DNA of 4,835 bases from a virus (taxonomy: Duplodnaviria > Heunggongvirae > Uroviricota > Caudoviricetes): the IMG/VR virus record IMGVR_UViG_2693429508_000011. One strand, 5' to 3'. Below are positions 1 to 4,835 of the stretch, in pieces. Every line of letters begins with the position of its first letter. Position 1 is the first letter of the stretch. A program made the position numbers and the translations under genes. Below the pieces are notes generated by a model. That model saw only the letters and a list, made by a program, of their open reading frames with translations, made no database searches and was not told the origin of the DNA.

Positions 1-30
1 ACACTAAATCAGTAAGTTGGCAGCATCACC
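1..30 (-). mobile_element. IS1 terminal fragment: left inverted-repeat end of an IS1 copy that extends leftwards out of the window
   Basis: Positions 1-30 (acactaaatcagtaagttggcagcatcacc) are the exact reverse complement of the recalled IS1 left end GGTGATGCTGCCAACTTACTGATTTAGTGT. The element is therefore in minus orientation and its boundary is at position 30. Confidence 0.85.
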
Positions 31-137
31 GAAGTGGTAAAGAAGATAATAAAGAATAATATTTAGGGTTATAGGTCTTAGCCCATTTTAAATGGAAGGC
101 AGACATGCAGCCATGCATACTTCGCATGGCAACATAA

Positions 138-566
138 TTATTTAGACAAACTATCTAATTTTTGCGTCGCTTTTTGTGTTAGGTCGCTGTAACTGATAAA
201 CCCTACGTTAGCACCTACAATTAACACTAAGAACACTAAGCTGCATATGGATAGAGTGGCAGATTTATGCTTATGGAAAACAAAATATGCTACTATTGCA
301 CTTAATATGAAGGAAATGAATAGAAATATAGATGTTGATGTTTTTAGATATTTTTCAGGAAATAATGGGTGAGCAATAATGTATACAAGATTAAGTAGTA
401 TATAAATTGCTACCGGAATGAAAATCATGCTCCAGTGTGTATCTTTTTTGGGAGGGATTGGCTGCAAATAATCAGACACCGTTTTTCCATCAGTTTCAAG
501 AAGAATTACTAGATCTCTTACTTCACCACTGACTTGAGTGCCATCCTTAGTAGTAATGTTAATCAT
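138..566 (-). CDS. Hypothetical small membrane protein, 142 aa: about 45-aa N-terminal soluble domain followed by three predicted transmembrane helices
   Basis: ORF 138..623 trimmed to the internal ATG at 564-566, which is preceded by a strong Shine-Dalgarno GGAGGG with a 5-nt spacer (minus strand reads tttGGAGGGaaaaaATG). Three hydrophobic stretches (IFIPVAIYILLNLVYIIAHPLF, IFLFISFILSAIVAYFVF, LSICSLVFLVLIVGANVGFI). Its ATG overlaps the upstream gene's TGA as ATGA. AT-rich, unlike the neighbouring phage genes. No family recognised. Confidence 0.6.
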   Translation of the reverse strand: MINITTKDGTQVSGEVRDLVILLETDGKTVSDYLQPIPPKKDTHWSMIFIPVAIYILLNLVYIIAHPLFPEKYLKTSTSIFLFISFILSAIVAYFVFHKHKSATLSICSLVFLVLIVGANVGFISYSDLTQKATQKLDSLSK

Positions 567-940
567 TTTTTCCCTCCAAATACGATGCCCTCTACGTCTT
601 TGGAAGCTTTTTGTGATGACCACTCCTCTGAATCAGGTGATTTAATTAAAAATATTGTATCTCCATCAAAAATCGTATTTGTTCCGTAAAAATTCACATT
701 TGATAGATCACCACCAAAAACCCTCTGCCCACTCGAGGTAATTGCCTCACCTAATTTAGTAAAATTACCAGCAATAGATGATTTTCTTTTTCCACTTCTA
801 TTCAAAGTGGCTTTAATTACACCACCACCATCCTTAGAGTTAAATAATTGAATGTCCACTCCAGCAGTTGGTTGTATATATTTTGAAAGCTCTTTCTTGA
901 ACTTGTTAATATATTTATCTTTGTTTTCTTTGTTGGTCAT
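563..940 (-). CDS. Hypothetical soluble protein, 125 aa, Gly/Ser/Lys-rich; first gene of a two-gene operon
   Basis: Uninterrupted 125-codon ORF in AT-rich DNA with a single Met start at 940. Its stop (TGA, 563-565) overlaps the start of the downstream membrane-protein gene. Upstream Shine-Dalgarno is weak (GGAT). No recognisable family from sequence alone. Confidence 0.5.
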   Translation of the reverse strand: MTNKENKDKYINKFKKELSKYIQPTAGVDIQLFNSKDGGGVIKATLNRSGKRKSSIAGNFTKLGEAITSSGQRVFGGDLSNVNFYGTNTIFDGDTIFLIKSPDSEEWSSQKASKDVEGIVFGGKK

Positions 941-1027
941 TGGTTAGATCCATAGTTCTGGCTGTGATTAGGTGAAAGTATACAAGGTTTTTAAAGCGAA
1001 GATCACTGTTTTGGCTTCAAGATAGTT

Positions 1028-1056
1028 TTGATTTATCGTAATCAATCCGCCATAAT
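1028..1056 (+). promoter_or_regulatory. Candidate sigma70 promoter upstream of the nin operon (-35 TTGATT, 17-bp spacer, -10 CATAAT)
   Basis: TTGATT at 1028-1033, 17-bp spacer, CATAAT at 1051-1056, about 150 bp upstream of the ybcN start and oriented towards it. Hexamer match only, no experimental support. Confidence 0.3.
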
Positions 1057-1204
1057 CCTCTCATCGGAGCCTGAACAACTCCGGTGACTTCTGCGCATTT
1101 AAGGGGACTTAAATGCGACCACAATCTGAACTCATCACCTTGTCACAGATGCAGAAATGCACCTGCGATTTTCTGCATTCTGCGGTTTCCGTTAGGGAGG
1201 CCGT

Positions 1205-1660
1205 ATGACTCTGCCAGTAGACGGCATCAAACTCCATCGCGGTAACTTCGCGGCCATCGGCCAGCAGATTCAGCCATTGCTGGATGCCGGGCAATGCTTA
1301 CGCCTGCAGGTTAAGCCGTGGCGCGAGAAGCGCAGCCTGTCGCAGAACGCGCTCAGCCACATGTGGTACACGGAGATCAGCGAATATCTCATCGCCCGCG
1401 GCAAGACCTTCGCTACGCCTGAGTGGGTCAAAGACGCGATGAAGCACACCTATCTCGGCTACGAAAGCAAAGACCGTGTAGATGTCGTGTCCGGCGAGGT
1501 CACCACCGTCCAATCCCTCCGCCATACGTCAGAGCTGGAAACCGGCGAGATGTACATCTTCCTGTGCAAAGTCGAAGCCTGGGCGATGAATATCGGCTGC
1601 CACCTGACAATTCCGCAGAGCTGTGAATACCAGCAGCTGCGCGATAAGCAGGAGGCGTAA
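1205..1660 (+). CDS. ybcN: NinB/YbcN-family phage protein (nin region recombination / DNA-binding protein), 151 aa
   Basis: 151-aa ORF with Shine-Dalgarno GGGAGG 5 nt upstream of the ATG. Length and position (first gene of a ninE-ybcO-rusA cluster) match DLP12 ybcN as recalled. Sequence identity is recalled, not searched. Confidence 0.8.
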   Translation: MTLPVDGIKLHRGNFAAIGQQIQPLLDAGQCLRLQVKPWREKRSLSQNALSHMWYTEISEYLIARGKTFATPEWVKDAMKHTYLGYESKDRVDVVSGEVTTVQSLRHTSELETGEMYIFLCKVEAWAMNIGCHLTIPQSCEYQQLRDKQEA

Positions 1661-1830
1661 TGGCTACACCGCTTATTCGTGTCATGAACGGGCACATCTA
1701 CAGAGTATCAAATCGTCGTAAGCGTAAGCCTGAGCTGAAGCCATCCGAAATACCAACACTGCTCGGATATACCGCTAGCCTGGTTGATAAAAAATGGTTG
1801 CGACTGGCAGCAAGGAGGAATCATGGCTGA
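1660..1830 (+). CDS. ninE: NinE-family small phage protein, 56 aa
   Basis: Hand-translated ORF missing from the supplied track (below its size cutoff): [56 protein letters not shown]. Its start overlaps the ybcN stop (TAATG). The basic RKRKP motif and 56-aa length fit NinE. Confidence 0.75.
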   Translation: MATPLIRVMNGHIYRVSNRRKRKPELKPSEIPTLLGYTASLVDKKWLRLAARRNHG

Positions 1831-2113
1831 TTTGAGAAAAGCAGCGCGTGGTCGGGAATGCCAGGTAAGAATCCCTGGCGTATGTAATGGCAATCCTGAA
1901 ACGTCAGTACTGGCACATATCCGGCTGGCTGGATTGTGCGGTACCGGTATCAAACCGCCAGACCTGATTGCCACCATTGCATGTTCTGCCTGTCACGACG
2001 AAATCGACCGCCGCACATATTTTGTCGATGCTGAGTATGCAAAAGAATGCGCGCTGGAAGGTATGGCGAGAACGCAGGTTATCTGGCTGAAAGAGGGGGT
2101 TATTAAGGCGTGA
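1823..2113 (+). CDS. ybcO: YbcO-family (DUF1364-like) putative phage nuclease, 96 aa, Cys-rich
   Basis: ORF 1784..2113 trimmed to the ATG at 1823, which is preceded by AGGAGG (1812-1817). Begins [14 protein letters not shown]; 96 aa matches DLP12 YbcO. Overlaps the ninE 3' end by 8 nt. Confidence 0.8.
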   Translation: MADLRKAARGRECQVRIPGVCNGNPETSVLAHIRLAGLCGTGIKPPDLIATIACSACHDEIDRRTYFVDAEYAKECALEGMARTQVIWLKEGVIKA

Positions 2114-2472
2114 ATACCTACAGCATCACATTACCCTGGCCTCCGAGCAATAACCGCTATTACCGCCATAATCGCGGGCGCACACACATCAGCGCAGAAG
2201 GGCAGGCATACCGCGATAACGTCACCCGAATCATTAAAAACGCAATGCTGGATATCGGCCTGGCTATGCCAGTGAAAATCCGTATTGAGTGCCACATGCC
2301 GGATCGCCGTCGCCGTGACCTGGATAATCTGCAAAAAGCCGCTTTTGACGCACTCACCAAAGCAGGTTTCTGGCTGGATGATGCTCAGGTCGTTGATTAC
2401 CGCGTTGTGAAGATGCCTGTTACCAAAGGTGGGAGGCTGGAACTGACCATCACCGAAATGGGGAATGAATGA
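2110..2472 (+). CDS. rusA: RusA Holliday-junction resolvase (endodeoxyribonuclease RusA), 120 aa
   Basis: 120-aa ORF beginning [24 protein letters not shown], recognised as RusA. GTG start at 2110 overlaps the ybcO stop (GTGA). Confidence 0.9.
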   Translation: MNTYSITLPWPPSNNRYYRHNRGRTHISAEGQAYRDNVTRIIKNAMLDIGLAMPVKIRIECHMPDRRRRDLDNLQKAAFDALTKAGFWLDDAQVVDYRVVKMPVTKGGRLELTITEMGNE

Positions 2473-2609
2473 TGTTTGAGTTTTATATGGCAGAACTTCT
2501 TCGCCACCGCTGGGGGCATCTGCGCTTATATCGTTTCCCCGGTTCTGTTTTGACCGATTACCGAATACTGAAGAATTACGCCAAAACCCTGACAGGAGCA
2601 GGAGTATGA
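2469..2609 (+). CDS. ylcG: YlcG-family small phage protein, 46 aa
   Basis: Hand-translated ORF: [46 protein letters not shown]. Its ATG overlaps the rusA stop; size and position match DLP12 ylcG. Confidence 0.65.
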   Translation: MMFEFYMAELLRHRWGHLRLYRFPGSVLTDYRILKNYAKTLTGAGV

Positions 2610-2694
2610 AGTCAGAGATAACAATCAACTAATACTGTTTTGTTGATTTTTGCTTGTAATTGGCGTTCTGGTCTGATTTTTGTGGAGTAAGTTG

Positions 2695-3078
2695 ATGCGT
2701 GATATTCAGATGGTTCTTGAGCGTTGGGGAGCGTGGGCGGCTAATAATCATGAAGATGTGACCTGGTCGTCCATTGCCGCCGGTTTTAAGGGATTAATTA
2801 CTTCAAAAGTAAAATCTCGCCCGCAATGTTGTGACGATGACGCGATGATTATTTGCGGGTGCATGGCCCGTCTGAAAAAGAACAACAGCGATTTGCACGA
2901 TTTATTAGTAGATTATTATGTAGTCGGTATGACATTCATGTCACTGGCAGGTAAGCATTGCTGCTCTGATGGTTATATCGGGAAAAGGTTACAGAAGGCT
3001 GAGGGCATAATTGAAGGGATGTTAATGGCATTAGATATCCGGTTAGAGATGGATATCGTTGTTAATAACTCTAATTAA
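2695..3078 (+). CDS. quuD: Phage late-gene antiterminator Q (phage 82 / DLP12 QuuD type), 127 aa
   Basis: ORF 2680..3078 trimmed to the ATG at 2695, preceded by GGAG (2684-2687) with a 7-nt spacer. The Cys-rich 127-aa product ([24 protein letters not shown]...) and its position after rusA-ylcG match the phage-82-type Q of DLP12. Confidence 0.8.
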   Translation: MRDIQMVLERWGAWAANNHEDVTWSSIAAGFKGLITSKVKSRPQCCDDDAMIICGCMARLKKNNSDLHDLLVDYYVVGMTFMSLAGKHCCSDGYIGKRLQKAEGIIEGMLMALDIRLEMDIVVNNSN

Positions 3079-3102
3079 TATGCCAATTGTTTACTAAAAA
3101 TT

Positions 3103-3128
3103 ATTAAAAATGGGGCGTTGCAACGCCC
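3103..3128 (-). terminator. Candidate rho-independent terminator for the minus-strand porin transcript
   Basis: Perfect 18-bp palindrome GGGGCGTTGCAACGCCCC (3111-3128), followed on the minus strand by a T-rich tract (ATTTTTAATAATTTTTAG), about 140 bp downstream of the porin stop. Confidence 0.4.
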
Positions 3129-3216
3129 CCAAAAATAAAGGGTAATATATAACAGAAGGTTTATATAGTTAGAAGCAAGGTTGTGCTCCTAAAGGAAGTG
3201 GCTTGAGGGAGCCACT

Positions 3217-3257
3217 TATATGTTGGGGAGGCAAAGCCTCCCGCAACATATCTTTTA
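3217..3257 (+). terminator. Candidate tR'-like intrinsic terminator downstream of Q
   Basis: Long imperfect hairpin (atatgttggggaggc / aaa / gcctcccgcaacatat, one bulged G) followed by CTTTTAG on the plus strand. Position is analogous to lambda tR' after the late promoter. A second 8-bp hairpin lies just upstream (3195-3216). Confidence 0.35.
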
Positions 3258-3266
3258 GTAATCAAA

Positions 3267-4349
3267 TTAGAACTGGTAAACCATACCTACAGCAACGATA
3301 TCATCGGTAGCAACGCCAGATGCTTTCGTGAAATCGCTCTTATCAATCAGGTTGATTTTGTAATCAACAAAAGTGGACATATTTTTGTTGAAGTAATAGG
3401 TTGCACCTACATCAATATATTCAACCAGGTCCTGATCACCCCACGCACCCAAGTCTTTTCCTTTAGATTGCAGGTAAGCAACGGACGGACGCAGACCGAA
3501 GTCGAACTGATATTGTGCAACTACTTCGAAGTTTTGTGCTTTGTTGGCAATATGGTTATTACCAAAAACAGTCATGTTCTGGGTTTCAGAATAGGTGGTA
3601 GCCAGATAGATGTTGTTCGCATCATATTTCAGACCAGCTGCCCATACTTCAGCATTTTGACCAGATGCATTCAGGCTGTTGTTACCGTAGATAACCTGAT
3701 TATTAGTGCGGTCAGATTTAGCATAGGTTGCACCTACACCGAATCCTTCATACTCATAAGTAGTGGAGAAACCGAAACCATCACCATTAGCTTCAGTTAC
3801 GTCAGTGCGGTCATTTTTACCCTGATACTGAGCAGCAAAGTTCAGACCATCAACCAGACCAAAGAAGTCGTTGTTACGATAAGTTGCAACACCAGTGGTG
3901 CGACCAGTCATGAACACATCTGTTTGAGTCCAAGTGTCACCACCGAATTCTGGCAGGACGTCAGTCCACGCACCGATGTCGTATGCTACACCGTAGTTAC
4001 GGCCGTAATCGATGGAGCCGTAGTCACCGAATTTCAGGCCAGCGAAGGCAAGACGGGTTTTATCTTTGGAGGAACCTTGAGATTCAGCGCGGTTGCCTTT
4101 GAATTCATATTCCCACTGACCGAAACCAGTCAGTTGATCGTTGATTTGGGTTTCACCTTTGAAGCCAAGACGGGCATAAGTAGTATCACCATCATCTGCA
4201 TCATTAGAGGAGAAGTAGTGCTTAGCATTAACTTTCCCGTACAGATCCAGCTTGTTACTGTCTTTATTATAAATTTCAGCTGCCTGAGCAGACATCGCCA
4301 TCAGTACTGATGCAGCTACAGCAGAAATTGCCACTGTTAATTTTTTCAT
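3267..4349 (-). CDS. nmpC: Outer-membrane general porin, OmpC/OmpF/PhoE family (prophage converting porin, NmpC/Lc-like), 360-aa precursor
   Basis: ORF 3267..4409 trimmed to the ATG at 4347-4349 ([23 protein letters not shown] signal peptide, AAGGG Shine-Dalgarno upstream). Mature N-terminus [17 protein letters not shown]...LGFKGETQ...[12 protein letters not shown] closely resembles OmpC. C-terminus ...VGMVYQF ends in the Phe typical of beta-barrel porins. Location after Q on the opposite strand matches DLP12 nmpC. Confidence 0.9.
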   Translation of the reverse strand: MKKLTVAISAVAASVLMAMSAQAAEIYNKDSNKLDLYGKVNAKHYFSSNDADDGDTTYARLGFKGETQINDQLTGFGQWEYEFKGNRAESQGSSKDKTRLAFAGLKFGDYGSIDYGRNYGVAYDIGAWTDVLPEFGGDTWTQTDVFMTGRTTGVATYRNNDFFGLVDGLNFAAQYQGKNDRTDVTEANGDGFGFSTTYEYEGFGVGATYAKSDRTNNQVIYGNNSLNASGQNAEVWAAGLKYDANNIYLATTYSETQNMTVFGNNHIANKAQNFEVVAQYQFDFGLRPSVAYLQSKGKDLGAWGDQDLVEYIDVGATYYFNKNMSTFVDYKINLIDKSDFTKASGVATDDIVAVGMVYQF

Positions 4350-4456
4350 CGTGAGCCCTTTTTTTGAACTATTATTAAAAAATGATGTCACTGCGCGATA
4401 AATATTCATCTAATCAATGTGATTATTTCAAGATGTAAGTTTTGGTTTCTCGTTTG

Positions 4457-4782
4457 NNNNNNNNNNNNNNNNNNNNNNNNNNNNNNNNNNNNNNNNNNNN
4501 NNNNNNNNNNNNNNNNNNNNNNNNNNNNNNNNNNNNNNNNNNNNNNNNNNNNNNNNNNNNNNNNNNNNNNNNNNNNNNNNNNNNNNNNNNNNNNNNNNNN
4601 NNNNNNNNNNNNNNNNNNNNNNNNNNNNNNNNNNNNNNNNNNNNNNNNNNNNNNNNNNNNNNNNNNNNNNNNNNNNNNNNNNNNNNNNNNNNNNNNNNNN
4701 NNNNNNNNNNNNNNNNNNNNNNNNNNNNNNNNNNNNNNNNNNNNNNNNNNNNNNNNNNNNNNNNNNNNNNNNNNNNNNNNNN
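4457..4782. other. Run of 326 N (assembly gap or masked sequence); content unknown
   Basis: Continuous n characters. The two ORFs in the track spanning it (4419..4796 and 4423..4818) are artefacts of translating N. Confidence 0.95.
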
Positions 4783-4804
4783 GTTTACGTACGTAAAAAA
4801 TTGG

Positions 4805-4835
4805 GGTAATGACTCCAACTTATTGATAGTGTTTT
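4805..4835 (-). mobile_element. IS1 terminal fragment: right inverted-repeat end of an IS1 copy that extends rightwards out of the window
   Basis: Positions 4805-4835 (ggtaatgactccaacttattgatagtgtttt) are the exact reverse complement of the recalled IS1 right end AAAACACTATCAATAAGTTGGAGTCATTACC. Same minus orientation as the IS1 end at 1-30. Confidence 0.85.

Noticed and set aside
240-366. 41-aa plus-strand ORF (MDRVADLCLWKTKYATIALNMKEMNRNIDVDVFRYFSGNNG)
   Set aside because: Antisense to the membrane-protein gene, no ribosome-binding site. AT-rich DNA yields many such short frames by chance.
567-623. N-terminal extension of the membrane-protein ORF (MVITKSFQRRRGHRIWREK...)
   Set aside because: The internal ATG at 564-566 has a strong GGAGGG Shine-Dalgarno and forms an ATGA overlap with the upstream gene. 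The extension would overlap that gene by 60 nt and has no ribosome-binding site.
1109-1697. Five overlapping ORFs on both strands (1109..1294 -, 1298..1525 -, 1423..1626 +, 1459..1695 -, 1500..1697 -)
   Set aside because: All overlap the ybcN coding region in alternative frames or antisense. Arg/Pro-rich products typical of GC-rich shadow frames.
1708-1977. 89-aa minus-strand ORF
   Set aside because: Antisense to ninE and ybcO. No start context, shadow-like composition.
2131-2628. 165-aa and 66-aa minus-strand ORFs (2131..2628, 2160..2360)
   Set aside because: Antisense to rusA and ylcG, whose identities are well supported. Shadow ORFs.
2680-2694. TTG start for the Q gene as given in the ORF track
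   Set aside because: The ATG at 2695 sits 7 nt after a GGAG Shine-Dalgarno and gives the expected 127-aa Q protein.
3468-4310. 280-aa plus-strand ORF
   Set aside because: Lies entirely antisense to the well-supported porin gene, and its product is low-complexity with no ribosome-binding site context. Shadow ORF.
4350-4409. N-terminal extension of the porin ORF ([20 protein letters not shown]...)
   Set aside because: A canonical signal peptide starts at the internal MKKLT with its own Shine-Dalgarno. The extension is not part of OmpC-family precursors.
4419-4818. Two ORFs spanning the N run (4419..4796 +, 4423..4818 -)
   Set aside because: Consist almost entirely of X from translating N. 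Artefacts.
4783-4835. Possible tRNA-like 3' fragment at the window end
   Set aside because: The sequence is an exact match to the IS1 terminal inverted repeat, not a tRNA acceptor/T-arm.
1-4835. CRISPR arrays or long tandem repeats
   Set aside because: No regularly spaced direct repeats found on reading the sequence. Only short inverted repeats and hairpins are present.

Overview
This window is a fragment of a DLP12-like lambdoid prophage (nin region, Q antiterminator and a converting porin gene) bounded on both sides by IS1 terminal sequences in the same orientation. Positions 1-30 match the reverse complement of the IS1 left inverted repeat and 4805-4835 match the reverse complement of the IS1 right inverted repeat; both elements continue outside the window. 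Between them lie: (a) an AT-rich, compositionally foreign minus-strand two-gene operon (563..940 and 138..566) with a 4-nt ATGA overlap, encoding a 125-aa soluble protein and a 142-aa protein with three predicted transmembrane helices, neither of which I can assign to a known family; (b) a tightly overlapping plus-strand nin operon, ybcN/ninB-like, ninE, ybcO, rusA, ylcG, then a phage-82-type Q antiterminator (quuD-like); (c) a hairpin-rich Q-downstream intergenic region; (d) an apparently intact OmpC/OmpF-family porin on the minus strand (nmpC/Lc-like) with signal peptide and C-terminal Phe; (e) a 326-nt run of N (4457-4782) that cannot be interpreted. No rRNA, tRNA or CRISPR array is detectable. 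The most interesting candidate is the AT-rich soluble-plus-membrane gene pair next to IS1, which has the architecture of an accessory module (defence, exclusion or toxin/immunity are guesses, not established). All calls rest on reading the sequence and on recalled protein and IS families; no database search was run.
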